Of a stretch of DNA of 64,000 nt, positions 38,101 through 46,618 are shown piece after piece. The first letter of the stretch is position 1; every line of letters begins with the position of its first letter. The DNA is from Paludibacter propionicigenes. GTDB taxonomy: Bacteria > Bacteroidota > Bacteroidia > Bacteroidales > JAFGXI01. The stretch is taken from contig DYMG01000002.1 in the NCBI GenBank assembly GCA_020721655.1, forward strand, positions 829 to 64,828, written 5' to 3'. Under the pieces are notes generated by a model, which saw nothing but the letters and a program-made list of their open reading frames with translations, had not been told where the DNA came from and did not search any database. The translations under genes were made by a program, and so were the position numbers.

Positions 38101-40847
38101 ATGTTGGCATTATTAGAACAAACAGATTGGTCTATACCAGCATTAATTGTCGGTGCAGGCGTAATTGTAACTATCATACTATCAACAACTTCGTTACACA
38201 AACCACTTCCTGTTGTTGTTAAATAAAGTTTAACACTTCCGTTTGTTTTGTCTAAAGCACTAGGCGTATATGTAGCATTTGTTAGAGTTGTATTATTGAA
38301 AGAGCCTGTTCCGGCACTAGACCACTGAATACCAGAAGCTATAGTATAACTTCCGTTTAATGAAACTATGGAATTGTTAGCACACACAGTTTGGTCTAAA
38401 CCAGCATTTACGGTTGGTGCGGGCGTAAAAGAAATAGTCATTTGGTCAGATACAGCACTACAACCATTTGTTGCATGATCTGTTGTAGTTAGAGTTAATG
38501 TAACGCTACCATTTGCCATTTCTGTTGATGTAGGAGTATAGTTAGCTATTAAATGGTTGTTATCAACTACAAAAGTCCCCAAACCATTAGTCCAAGTACC
38601 TGTGCTAGCACCTCCTGTAATTGTTCCAGAAAGAGAGGTAAGTTCATTGTTTTTACATTTAACTTGGTCGGCACCGGCATTAACTATAGGTGCAGGTGTA
38701 AAATGTATTATAATATCATCAGAAACAGCTAAACAAGAACCATTTCCATTAGAAGTTACTGTTAATGTAACGGAACCGTTTGCAATTTCTGGAGCCGATG
38801 GGGAATATATTGTATTTAAAGCCCCACTTCCAGGGTTATACGAACCAGAACCACCAGACCAATCGCCTCCGGTAGCTACTGTAGCTACTGCACTTAGAGT
38901 TATGTTGGCATTATTAGAACAAACAGATTGGTCTATACCAGCATTAATTGTCGGTGCAGGCGTAATTGTAACTATCATACTGTCTACTTCAGGTGTGCAA
39001 AATCCGTTTCCGGTTGTAGTTAAATAAATTTTAATATTACCAGCACTAACATCTGCTAAGCTTGGAGTATATGTAGTGTTTAAATTTGTTGTATTTCCAA
39101 AAGTTCCAGAGCCATTTGTGCTCCATTGTCCACCTGTAGCAACTGTAACAATTCCAGAAATATTAACAATTGAGTTATTTGCACAAACAGTTTGGTCTAA
39201 ACCAGCATTTACGGTTGGTGCGGGGTCGAATGTTAAAGTCATAATGTCGGAAGTAGGAAAGCAAACACCTGTAGATGTTAGTGTTAAATCAACATTGCCT
39301 GCAGTAATATCGGCAAAACTTGGGGTGTATATTGCATTAAAATTGGTGTTATCTGAGAAACTTCCCGACCCTGAAGTAGTCCAAATTCCAGTGGTAGCAC
39401 CACCAGAAACAGAGCCATTTAATGTTGCAGTAGTGTTAGCACAAATAGTTTGGTCTGCACCAGCATTAGAAATAATTTCAGATACAAATTCAGAAAAATA
39501 TCCATATCTACAACCACTTGCCCCACCACCATTAATTAATCCCATAGCAAAAATATTGCTTGAATTTGATAACCTACAAGCAATTCCTTGAGGAATTTGA
39601 GTTGTATTAAACGCAATAGTTGTTGCACTCCAAAGACCACCAGTGCCGGGTACTACTGCCCAAGTAGCTACATCAACTGCAGTTTGTGCAGAAGCGGGTG
39701 TAATAGTAAAATCGGCTTCGGACCCTGTTTTTATCAATAATGTTAGAACGAAACTTTCGGTAGTAGATCTAACAAAACTAACTGATTCGGAGCCTGCACA
39801 ATTTAAAGGTGGCAAGAGAGCTATTCCTTCTTCGCAACCAAAACCTGTAACGTGAGTTACATATACCGGTGCAGATGATTTTAAATAAGTGTATTCCTGT
39901 CCTGTTACAGCAGAAATTTCGTATTGGTAAATTTCACCGGCAAAAAGTGTAGCTTCTGGTGTTGCATTTCCATTAATATATATTTCTGTGCCATTTTGAG
40001 TTGCTAATACAAAAAAACTTTCGTCGCCGGCTGGTTTATTGAGTTGTCCTTGAACAATAATATATTCATCACCAACAATATTTACAGGCACAATTTGGTC
40101 GCCCATTAAATCATAGCATCCCCCTGATGGATTGTGATCTGAATCGTCTTTTATTGAAATTGCAATGGGTTTGTCGGAGGTAACTACTGAGCCATAAGGG
40201 TGAGTAGAGGGCAATGTGTAATTGGCACCAGTCCAGCCTGCTGAGTATGTTTGTCCTTTGTTTAGTGTAATAGTGAATTGCTGTTGACCAGCGTGCCCAT
40301 CTATTTGTCTTGCTGGATAAATTCTTACGGTTGTATTGTCTTCGGCAGCAACAATATCGAACGATGCATAAGCCTTGTCTCCAGCACCAAAGTCGTGGTT
40401 ATAAAAACCACTATAATTATGTAAAGGTATGTAGAATTCAGTGCCTAAAGAATTGGCTCCTTTTAAAGCAAAAATATCGGTATTGTGAGAATTATCATAT
40501 TCGTAATATGCCGAAATTTTTTCTGTAGCTTCTATATATAATCCTGTATTTAAAATAGTATTTGTGGGTTTTGTTTCCAAATGAGTTATACTACCACCTA
40601 AATAAATTTTTTGTGAAGTATTTGCCGTTAAGGTTACAGTAATATCAACACCAGCAAGGTCTGCCGGTTGCCAAATATGTACTGTTGCGTCTTGACTTAG
40701 ACATGTTATGTTTATATACACGTCATTTTTTTCTGAAGCTTGGTGGTCGTCTGTTACATTTGGAGGAGCTATCCAAAATTCTGTTCCTGTTTGAGAAAAC
40801 AAAGAAATAGAAAACATAATGTAAAATGAAAGTAATAATTTTAACAT
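32133..40847 (-). CDS. Giant SprB-like cell-surface adhesin (T9SS type-B cargo)
   Basis: 2904 aa with a signal peptide. The first ~455 aa form an N-terminal domain (GTEFWIAPP..., IgGFc-binding-N-terminal-like). Next come 22 tandem repeats of ~80-91 aa, each opening with x-N/S-A-G-x-D-Q-x-V-C-x-N-N. Five PKD domains follow (WNFGDG / WDFGNG / WSFGDG). The C-terminal ~92 aa form a gliding-motility-type CTD (AFTPNGDKMNDVF...WDGTYKG...YIWTI). Confidence 0.85.
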   Translation of the reverse strand: MLKLLLSFYIMFSISLFSQTGTEFWIAPPNVTDDHQASEKNDVYINITCLSQDATVHIWQPADLAGVDITVTLTANTSQKIYLGGSITHLETKPTNTILNTGLYIEATEKISAYYEYDNSHNTDIFALKGANSLGTEFYIPLHNYSGFYNHDFGAGDKAYASFDIVAAEDNTTVRIYPARQIDGHAGQQQFTITLNKGQTYSAGWTGANYTLPSTHPYGSVVTSDKPIAISIKDDSDHNPSGGCYDLMGDQIVPVNIVGDEYIIVQGQLNKPAGDESFFVLATQNGTEIYINGNATPEATLFAGEIYQYEISAVTGQEYTYLKSSAPVYVTHVTGFGCEEGIALLPPLNCAGSESVSFVRSTTESFVLTLLIKTGSEADFTITPASAQTAVDVATWAVVPGTGGLWSATTIAFNTTQIPQGIACRLSNSSNIFAMGLINGGGASGCRYGYFSEFVSEIISNAGADQTICANTTATLNGSVSGGATTGIWTTSGSGSFSDNTNFNAIYTPSFADITAGNVDLTLTSTGVCFPTSDIMTLTFDPAPTVNAGLDQTVCANNSIVNISGIVTVATGGQWSTNGSGTFGNTTNLNTTYTPSLADVSAGNIKIYLTTTGNGFCTPEVDSMIVTITPAPTINAGIDQSVCSNNANITLSAVATVATGGDWSGGSGSYNPGSGALNTIYSPSAPEIANGSVTLTVTSNGNGSCLAVSDDIIIHFTPAPIVNAGADQVKCKNNELTSLSGTITGGASTGTWTNGLGTFVVDNNHLIANYTPTSTEMANGSVTLTLTTTDHATNGCSAVSDQMTISFTPAPTVNAGLDQTVCANNSIVSLNGSYTIASGIQWSSAGTGSFNNTTLTNATYTPSALDKTNGSVKLYLTTTGSGLCNEVVDSMIVTITPAPTINAGIDQSVCSNNANITLSAVATVATGGDWSGGSGSYNPGSGALNTIYSPSAPEIANGSVTLTVTSNGNGSCLAVSDDIIIHFTPAPIVNAGTDQVKCANNGTTLLSGSVSGGASTGTWTNGLGTFVINNNDLNAHYTPTATEISNGSVTLTLTSSNHATNGCSAVSDQMTISFTSAPTANAGIDDDICQNNSTVSLTGGVTIATGGVWSGGTGTFANSTNLITTYTPSATEITNANPITLTLTTTGNGSCNSVSDQITINIDPSPIVNAGANLTSCANNPQVTLQGSIINAGGGVWSGSSGAFSPNNADLFAVFSPSATDISNGSVVLTLTSTGNGNCFAETDQMTLTISSSPIVNAGVDAVYCANNSTINLNGSVLNAGGGSWSGGLGIFGNANSPTTTYQPSQTEINAGFVTLYLTSTGNGACNAVQDGVTFTFTTAPTSSAGIDQSVCANNSDVVLSGAITIASGATWSGGLGTYTPSENSLNTIYHPSAAEIAAHTVTLTLTTTGNGTCNAVSDQISININHSPIVSAGADIHTCYNNATATLNGNIINATGGIWSGGNGVYNPSSTNLSATYTPTVSEISSGQIKLYLTSTGNGSCNEVKDSMLIIIDPAPVVNAGTDQTVCGNNSNAILNGSITLASGGVWSGGLGLFSPNNSILNATYTPSAGDIANGSVTLTLTSTGNGSCIAVQDQVTINYLPSPTVDAGIDFEVCENNNQIDLSGIVTIASGGTWTGGTGTYSPNENTLTTSYFPTATEISNGSITLTLTSTGNGLCNAVNDDIEITINPSPIVSAGQDQNVCVDDMVAHLNGSVSGITNTGIWSSSGTGFFVPNNNTLNADYVCSSADSITGFVTLTLSSSNNGVCLSETDNLIITILPTGIANAGTDQTVCANNSIVSLNGTVTGGATTGVWSTSGNGVFFPNNTTLNATYIPSSLDTSNGSVVLTLTANSCNLVESSITITITPAPYVNAGLDQTVCVDNLDIQLSGTVTGASNTGLWTSTGTGSFLPNNTTIDAEYQASALDSVNQHVILVLEATGIGTCNPVRDSIEINILPAGVVNAGQDQTLCSNNAIIQLNGSISGGASTGQWATSGSGTFLPSPTSLTATYTPSSTDLATGNVTLVLSATNSCNFAFDALSINFTAAPTSNAGVDQLVCENNSEVLLSGNFTISTGAIWSTNGTGAFNSNNTNMNVTYTPSAGDIVNGNIELYLTTTGNGGCNAVTDTLIVGISSSPNVNAGINQVVCSTAPETQLFGTISGSTTTGIWSTLGTGTFTDNEDLNTAYQFTASDIASGNVQLVLQSTNNGICLAETDTITITFGNTTFAYAGTDKNICADNLTVGINGFVSGGTTTGIWTTSGSGYFTPSATDLNTFYVCSASDSINGTLDLYLTTTNNGGCTAGEDTLTILINKVPIVNAGANIEVCKGIDSVAIGGSSEYSAGILWTTNGSGTFTPNNNSFNIHYLPSSADTINGFVYIYLESTGNTVCSEVKDTTIITFTVPVNANFTNSLACLNNNVIFNDNSSITSGTIINWTWNFGDGTYGNGENTSHSYTSVGNFTVELTVESSLGCSYSIIKQITVYTNPEANFTYSTECFLDEVNFVDASTVTSGSINSWYWDFGNGDTSIAQNPNNIFGNSGTYNVELTVVSSQGCSASLTQQIQVYTKPEANFSYLYNCASSTVTFTDGSSSQGNANNFWSWNFGDGNNSTEQDPEHNYSDFGNQTVIFIVGSSINCADTIEKTIFLNIINANFNFENKCVYDSIHFINNSNLNGDTSVSYTWTFNDGNFSSYENPSHKYLLSGSYNVILAIQSESGCIDSITKLIEVYPKPTAGFEFYADEYIEGNIIEFTDLSTGSDNWQWSFGDGITSTIQRPIHIYNLANEYVVVQAIANIYGCVDTAITNIVINNGDVILPPKLPTAFTPNGDKMNDVFYPRGGPFKTIDFRVYNNWGQEIFSTNNLNEGWDGTYKGVDQQIGVYIWTISATTTDGKEYIKTGDVTLIR
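37876..38180 (-). repeat. Copy B of the 305-bp perfectly identical segment
   Basis: See copy A. The protein segment PAPTINAGIDQSVCSNNANITLSAV...DDIIIHFT occurs twice, 267 aa apart. Confidence 0.85.
38677..38981 (-). repeat. Copy A of a 305-bp perfectly identical segment (core of an 801-bp three-unit duplication)
   Basis: Base-by-base comparison with 37876..38180 at an offset of exactly 801 nt found no mismatches. A further 46-bp identical patch lies at 38426.. versus 37625... Confidence 0.85.
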
Positions 40848-41007
40848 AGCCGTAAGTTTATAGCATTAAGTCTAATTTTACGGCAAAAAAATTAAAAAGT
40901 TTAATAAATGTTAATTTTAATACCTATTTTACGTTTAATATACAGCGTTCCAAAGATTCTAAAGTTCAATTTCAATTGGTATTAATTGCAAAGCTTTTTG
41001 GCTAATA

Positions 41008-42993
41008 TTATAAAATACTAAGCAAATCGTTAATTTTAAATGGTTTAGACAGATAATTATCCATACCTATTTCTAAACATTTTTCTCGTTCTCCTTTTAA
41101 AGCATTTGCCGTCATTGCTATAATTCGGGTTTTTTCCAAATTATTATCTTTTTCAAGTTTTCTAATTTCAATTGTAGTCTCGTATCCATTCATTTTAGGC
41201 ATTTGTATATCCATTAAAATCAAATCATATTTATTGTTTTTAAACATTTCTAATGCTTCTTCTCCATTGTTTGCTATAAACATATTGTGATTTTGTTTTT
41301 TTATTGCAAATGCCGCAACACGCTGATTTATAACATTGTCTTCTACCAATAATATATTTAATTGTTTTGATAATATTACCTGTTCCTTCTTCTTTAATAT
41401 AGTAACTTCTTGTGCAACTTTAAATTTTCCTGTAAACCAAAAAACAGACCCTTCTCCAAAAACACTTTTACATCCAGCATTTCCATCCATCATTTTTGCC
41501 AATTTTTTTGAAATTGCCAAACCTAAACCTGTTCCTCCAAAATTTCGTGTTATTGAGGTATCTGCTTGAGTAAATTCGGTAAATAGTTTATTAATATGTT
41601 CTTCTTTAATTCCTATTCCAGTATCTGAAACTTCAAAACGTAAAATTGTAATATTATCTATATTTTTTTCATTTAAAACTTTAATAGCAACACTTCCTTC
41701 ATTTGTAAATTTAATAGCATTATTGCAATAATTAATTAATACTTGCTTTATTCTTGTTGGGTCTCCAATAATACAAGACTCTACATCTTCTTCTATGCTA
41801 AATGAAATTTGAATATTTTTCTTTGTTGCTTTTAGCCTTAACATTTTAACTACCTCATCTACAATCTTGTGTACATCAACAACTATTTTTTCTAATTGTA
41901 ACTGATTAGCTTCAATTTTTGAATAATCTAAAATATCGTTTATAATATTAAGCAAACTATTGCTTGAAATTTCAATTATCTCCAAGTATTCCCTTTCTGT
42001 TGGTTTTAAATCTGCTTCATTAAGCAAATCTATCATTCCTACAATTCCATTTAATGGAGTTCTAATTTCATGGCTCATATTTGCCAAAAACATAGATTTG
42101 TACTTTGAAGCTTCAACAGCTTTTATTTTCTCAGTTTCAGCAATTCTCGTTTGTTCAATTACTTCCTCATTCGTTACTTTTATTTCCTCATTCTGTTGCT
42201 CTAAATACTCGTTTAAAACAAGAGCATCTTCTTTGCTTTGTGTTAATTCCTTATTCAAATATTCTAAATTTAACTTTTGATCTTCTATCTTTTTATATGT
42301 TTTGTTAGTTACTTTTTTAAAAAACAATATGCCTAAAATACCTAATATGTATATTGATAAATAAATTATTAAATACAAAAAAATCAATTCTGATTTTTGA
42401 TGAATTTCCACAACTGGAAAAAGTTCTAAGCTTATACCTCCTCTTATTTCGCCTAATTTATAACCTTGTTTACTATGACACTTTAAACACGACCGTTCGG
42501 CATAAACTGGAGCCATATATCTATAAATAGCTATTTTACCTTTATCGAACAATTCAAAATACGATTTAGCACCTGTTTTTTCTAAATATAACAAAGCTTT
42601 TTCCTCCCACTTATCAGGCTTATTAATTAAATTTAAAGGCTTTAAACTTGTCATTTTAAACTTTATTCCATCTTTCTTACTTGCAAGCTCAGAAATTTGT
42701 CTTGTCATATAAGCAGGATTAATTTTTGTTAATTTTAAATTATTTATAACTATTGTTTTTAATGTATCTTCCAAATAAAAATTCTCCTTTGTACTTTTTG
42801 TAACTGGAACATAAACACCATTATGTTTAGCGTTCCATTCTCGTGTAATTTGAATTTGATTAAAAAATGATTTAGCTTCTAATTCAATCGACTTATTAAA
42901 AAATTTGTTTAAATTATTATAATTCCAAACAAATATACCAATAAGCAAAACTGTCCAAATTAAAATAACGATGTAATAATATTTATTTTTCAA
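41008..42993 (-). CDS. Hybrid sensor histidine kinase/response regulator with a DUF3365-type heme-c sensor domain
   Basis: 661 aa. After an N-terminal transmembrane helix comes a periplasmic domain with [11 protein letters not shown] and CLKCH (CxxCH, codons at 42489..42475). A second transmembrane helix and a coiled coil follow. The kinase core has the H-box [10 protein letters not shown] and HATPase motifs ([15 protein letters not shown]). The C-terminal REC domain reads ILLVEDN...LILMDIQMP. Confidence 0.8.
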   Translation of the reverse strand: MKNKYYYIVILIWTVLLIGIFVWNYNNLNKFFNKSIELEAKSFFNQIQITREWNAKHNGVYVPVTKSTKENFYLEDTLKTIVINNLKLTKINPAYMTRQISELASKKDGIKFKMTSLKPLNLINKPDKWEEKALLYLEKTGAKSYFELFDKGKIAIYRYMAPVYAERSCLKCHSKQGYKLGEIRGGISLELFPVVEIHQKSELIFLYLIIYLSIYILGILGILFFKKVTNKTYKKIEDQKLNLEYLNKELTQSKEDALVLNEYLEQQNEEIKVTNEEVIEQTRIAETEKIKAVEASKYKSMFLANMSHEIRTPLNGIVGMIDLLNEADLKPTEREYLEIIEISSNSLLNIINDILDYSKIEANQLQLEKIVVDVHKIVDEVVKMLRLKATKKNIQISFSIEEDVESCIIGDPTRIKQVLINYCNNAIKFTNEGSVAIKVLNEKNIDNITILRFEVSDTGIGIKEEHINKLFTEFTQADTSITRNFGGTGLGLAISKKLAKMMDGNAGCKSVFGEGSVFWFTGKFKVAQEVTILKKKEQVILSKQLNILLVEDNVINQRVAAFAIKKQNHNMFIANNGEEALEMFKNNKYDLILMDIQMPKMNGYETTIEIRKLEKDNNLEKTRIIAMTANALKGEREKCLEIGMDNYLSKPFKINDLLSIL

Positions 42994-43152
42994 AATTTTA
43001 TGTTTTTGGGGTGCCGAGTTGTACGCAATTTTTTTTTTATTGTTACTAGAAAAAAACTTAACAATATATTGCGAAAAACAAATAATAACAATTAATTTTA
43101 TAATTCGTACAAGAAAACTATTTAATAAAAAAAACTAAAAAATAAATATATC

Positions 43153-45216
43153 ATGGCAAATAAAATTGATAAAACTTTTGATAGCCACATCAAAAATGTA
43201 ATTAAAGAAAACCTAAAATTTGAAAACGTATTTCAGTCATTAACACGAATGATACTTGGCACAAACGACAATATTGAAAAAGTTAATGTTAATGGAAAAA
43301 CAACTTACGATTTTAGAGTATTTCGCCAAGGAAAAAAACATATAATTGGAATGTACGACGAAATTAACAGTTTCGTATCGTATGTAAAAGACGCTGCAGA
43401 AGGTGGTTCTTCTAAAGAAATGGCATTTGTGCTAATTGGAGAACCAGGAAACGGAAAAACTTTTTTTATTGATTACCTAAGCCAAATTTATAGAGATTTT
43501 GTGGCATTGCCAGAAAATATGAAATACACTTTTATATTTAAAAATTTAGATAAAATTGGTGGTTACGGCAGAATAACCGAGGCAGAATCGCAAACTTACG
43601 AAGACCCTATGGTTTTAGCAATGAATTTATTCCCAAACAAAGAAGATAATTTCAAATTCTTGAGAAGTTTAGGAGCTAAAGACAATCAAATTGAAAAATA
43701 CTATAACAATTATCGCCCACTTGGTGCTTGCTCAGACTATATTTACAACCAAATTAGAGATTATTGTAATGGGGACATAACAAAAATTAAAGAATTTATT
43801 GAAATAACACCAATTCCAATAAGTGAATCAAGAGGAACTCTTACAGGAAAATACGCTGCAAAAGACAAAATTACATCTTCAGCCGTAGATTTACTTGGAG
43901 AAGAAAGCATAACCCGTTTATTACACATTACAGATACAAACAATCCTTATCGTTTCGATTTAAGACGTGGAGCACTTGCACGTGTTGCTGGAGGTGGAAT
44001 ACACTTTGCCGACGAAATATTCAAAAACAAAACCGACTTAGTGCAAGTTTATTTAGGTGTTATTCAAAACAGAACCATCGACATTGAAGGTTTTAAATGG
44101 CCTTTAGACACTCTTGTTGTTGCAACAAGTAACAATTCAGAATTTGCTCGTTTTCAAGAAGAAAAAGAACAATCTCCAATTATTGACCGTTGTAGAGTAA
44201 CATATATGTCGCACAATACCAACTACATACAACAACAACTTTTAACCCAATATTCTTTAGGAAGTAAAGAAAAAACCACACTTACAAACGAAAAACTACA
44301 CATCGACCCTAATTTAAATTATGCAATATCTACAGCAGTTACACTAACACGAGTACCTATTTCCGACAAGCTTACCCCAGTTGAAATAATGAAACTTTCT
44401 GCCGGAGAAGTTGCTGGTGAAAAAAGCATTAAAACACTTATTGAAATTATAGACCAACTAAACCGCGACCCAGATATTACAAAACGCTTTGGACAAAAAG
44501 GCTTAGGGCACAGAAACTTAGGTCGTGCAATTCAAATTCTATTGGAAACAAACGAAACGCAAGAAGGAAAATGCATGTATGCTGGCGATGTTTTTAAATC
44601 GTTAGAAAGCGTTATTTTAGACTACGTGCAAGACACAAACGACCGAACAAAATATCTAAACGACTTAAAAATAGCCAAAAGCCTTTATCGAAAAAACATA
44701 ATGAAAACAATTTTTAATGCATATATGGACGAACCAGATGCTATTGAAAAAGACGTTCTAAATTATGTAAATATGATTATTGGAATGGACGCAAGAAATT
44801 TAGGCTCAGATAAAATTTGGACTTATAAAGACCCCCAAACCAATAAACTAATATCTATTAAAATTGACGAAAATTTCGTTGACAGCGTAGAATCTCGCTT
44901 AGGACTAAAAAGCAAAGAACAAAAACAAAGTTTTAGAACAACAATTTCTAAAATTTACGGACAAAAAATGGTTCAAGATTCTACATACAACTTTATGGAT
45001 AACAACGATTTAGTTAAAGCCGTAACCGATGTTCGATTAAAATCGGATATTGCAGGAGCTGGGAGCCTTGTTGGTGCACTTTCAAACAGAACAAACGAAG
45101 AAAATCAAAAATTATATAACCGAATGATTGATACAATGATTGGAAAACTCAGTTACTGTAAAACTTGTGCACTTAAAACAATTGAATATTTCTGTACTCA
45201 AGACGATGCAAGCTAA
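43153..45216 (+). CDS. prkA: PrkA-family AAA+ ATPase / serine protein kinase
   Basis: 687 aa with Walker A GEPGNGKT and Walker B-like IHFADEIFK, followed by VVATSNNSEF. The C-terminal PrkA domain reads YRKNIMKTIFNAY...VLNYVNMI. Confidence 0.8.
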   Translation: MANKIDKTFDSHIKNVIKENLKFENVFQSLTRMILGTNDNIEKVNVNGKTTYDFRVFRQGKKHIIGMYDEINSFVSYVKDAAEGGSSKEMAFVLIGEPGNGKTFFIDYLSQIYRDFVALPENMKYTFIFKNLDKIGGYGRITEAESQTYEDPMVLAMNLFPNKEDNFKFLRSLGAKDNQIEKYYNNYRPLGACSDYIYNQIRDYCNGDITKIKEFIEITPIPISESRGTLTGKYAAKDKITSSAVDLLGEESITRLLHITDTNNPYRFDLRRGALARVAGGGIHFADEIFKNKTDLVQVYLGVIQNRTIDIEGFKWPLDTLVVATSNNSEFARFQEEKEQSPIIDRCRVTYMSHNTNYIQQQLLTQYSLGSKEKTTLTNEKLHIDPNLNYAISTAVTLTRVPISDKLTPVEIMKLSAGEVAGEKSIKTLIEIIDQLNRDPDITKRFGQKGLGHRNLGRAIQILLETNETQEGKCMYAGDVFKSLESVILDYVQDTNDRTKYLNDLKIAKSLYRKNIMKTIFNAYMDEPDAIEKDVLNYVNMIIGMDARNLGSDKIWTYKDPQTNKLISIKIDENFVDSVESRLGLKSKEQKQSFRTTISKIYGQKMVQDSTYNFMDNNDLVKAVTDVRLKSDIAGAGSLVGALSNRTNEENQKLYNRMIDTMIGKLSYCKTCALKTIEYFCTQDDAS

Positions 45217-45238
45217 TTAACAAAATAAAACTTACTGA

Positions 45239-46606
45239 ATGAACTCAGCAGAAATATATAAAAAGCTTAAAGAAAAAGGCATTTCAGAAGAAGAGGAACA
45301 AATAATTTTGCACGAAATAAATTTTGTTCCTTTTAAAGAAGATATTCTTAAAAACGATTTTAAAAAGTACAACGACTTGTACTACGAGAACGATTTTGAA
45401 AAAATTCTTCAAATGAAATTGCCAAAAATTACTCCTCTTTTAGCACTACAAACACTCGACGAACTTATTGATAGAGATAAACAACGCGAAAAAGACGGCT
45501 TTCCTCGTAGAATTCGCTTAGGAAAACTTATAAAACCTACTAAAGACGGCAAAGGACAAGTAATAATTGTACCTTCAACTACAGAACCTAAATTCTATCA
45601 CGACAACAGAATTTCTGAAAATCCACAAGATATGGGCGAAACCGGTGGTACTGGTGAAGAAGGAGAAGGCGAAATTTTAGGCGAACAAAAAGTAAACCCT
45701 CAACAAGGCGAGGGCGAAGGTTCTGGTGCAGGCGAAGGTGGTGAAGAAAGCCACGACATTGCTCAAGAAGCTTTCGATTTAGGAAAAGTTCTTACCGAAA
45801 AATTTGAACTACCAAACCTAAAAGACAAAGGAAACAAACGCTCGCTTATTAAATACCACTACGATTTAACCGATAAAAACAAAGGTTTTGGACAATTACT
45901 AGACAAAAAAGCTACTCTTAAAAAAATTATTGAAACCAATATTCAATTAGGACGTGTTGATGATATTGACAACATAAAACCCGACAATTTTATAATTAAC
46001 CCAAACGATAAAATTTTTCGCGTATTATCTAAAGAAAAATCGTTCGAATCGCAAGCTTTAGTGTTTTTCGTAAGAGATTACTCAGGCTCTATGCAAGGAG
46101 CACCTACCGAAGTTGTTACTTCTCAACACTTAATGATTTATAGCTGGTTAATGTATCAATACCAAAATAGAGTTGAAACTCGATACATTTTACACGACAC
46201 AAACGCAAAAGAAGTCCCCGATTTTTACACATACTATAGGTCTCAAGTTGCAGGAGGAACACAAGTTGCACCAGCAATAGAACTTATAAACTCTATTATT
46301 GAAACCGAAAATTTATATAAAAACTATAATATTTATGTTTTTTACGGAACCGATGGCGACGACTGGGAATCTAACGGCGAAAAAATGATTGAAGCCACAA
46401 ATAAACTTCTTACATACGTAAACAGATTTGGTATAACCATAGCAAAAAATTCGTGGACAACAGCTACCCAAACAACAATAGAAAAATACCTCGTAAAATC
46501 AGGACTACTTTCCGAAAAACCTAATTTAATAAAGTTAGACTCATTTCCATCAACCGATGTAAACGAAAATAGAATAATTGAAGGAATAAAAAAATTGACA
46601 GAATAA
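45239..46606 (+). CDS. YeaH/YhbH-family protein (DUF444, vWA-like)
   Basis: 455 aa with an acidic Gly/Glu-rich linker (GETGGTGEEGEGE...GEGEGSGAGEGGEE). The MIDAS-like motif is FFVRDYSGSM, followed by FYGTDGDDWE. Confidence 0.75.
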   Translation: MNSAEIYKKLKEKGISEEEEQIILHEINFVPFKEDILKNDFKKYNDLYYENDFEKILQMKLPKITPLLALQTLDELIDRDKQREKDGFPRRIRLGKLIKPTKDGKGQVIIVPSTTEPKFYHDNRISENPQDMGETGGTGEEGEGEILGEQKVNPQQGEGEGSGAGEGGEESHDIAQEAFDLGKVLTEKFELPNLKDKGNKRSLIKYHYDLTDKNKGFGQLLDKKATLKKIIETNIQLGRVDDIDNIKPDNFIINPNDKIFRVLSKEKSFESQALVFFVRDYSGSMQGAPTEVVTSQHLMIYSWLMYQYQNRVETRYILHDTNAKEVPDFYTYYRSQVAGGTQVAPAIELINSIIETENLYKNYNIYVFYGTDGDDWESNGEKMIEATNKLLTYVNRFGITIAKNSWTTATQTTIEKYLVKSGLLSEKPNLIKLDSFPSTDVNENRIIEGIKKLTE

Positions 46607-46618
46607 TAATAAACCAAT

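Larger units (their letters stand above)
33642..39473 (-). repeat. In-frame tandem coding repeats: 22 units of about 264 bp within the adhesin gene
   Basis: I counted 22 occurrences of the unit-opening motif (V/I/S)(N/S/D/Y)AGxD/N...C..N in the translated ORF. The boundaries are approximate and derived from residue counts. Confidence 0.7.

Noticed and set aside
33642-39473. Regular ~264-bp periodicity that might suggest a CRISPR array or satellite.
   Set aside because: The whole region is one uninterrupted reading frame. The repeated units are ~88-aa protein domains with conserved Cys and Gly positions, there is no short-repeat/unique-spacer structure, and no cas genes are present.
32286-40528. 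About twenty plus-strand ORFs of 60-171 aa from the track inside 32.1-40.8 kb, for example 37759..38226, 38557..39027 and 39076..39591.
   Set aside because: They are antisense shadows of the 8.7-kb minus-strand adhesin ORF. Their similarity to each other only mirrors the coding repeats on the other strand, and they have low-complexity P/V/L-rich composition with no independent signals.
40849-40884. A 7-bp inverted repeat (GCCGTAA / TTACGGC) immediately upstream of the adhesin start codon, considered as an invertible-promoter arm or a translational operator.
   Set aside because: The stem is short with a 22-nt loop, it has no second repeat pair flanking a promoter, and no nearby recombinase is present. 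It may be the weak terminator of the upstream kinase gene. This is not enough evidence to report.
43006-43026. Possible sigma-54 promoter (TTGGGGTGCCGAGTTGTACGC) upstream of prkA, attractive because a sigma-54 activator is encoded in the window.
   Set aside because: The GG and the putative -12 element do not fit the TGGCAC-N5-TTGC register. At the correct spacing, GT stands where GC is expected, and there is no T before the GG. I consider it a chance match unless a genome-wide sigma-54 motif model says otherwise.
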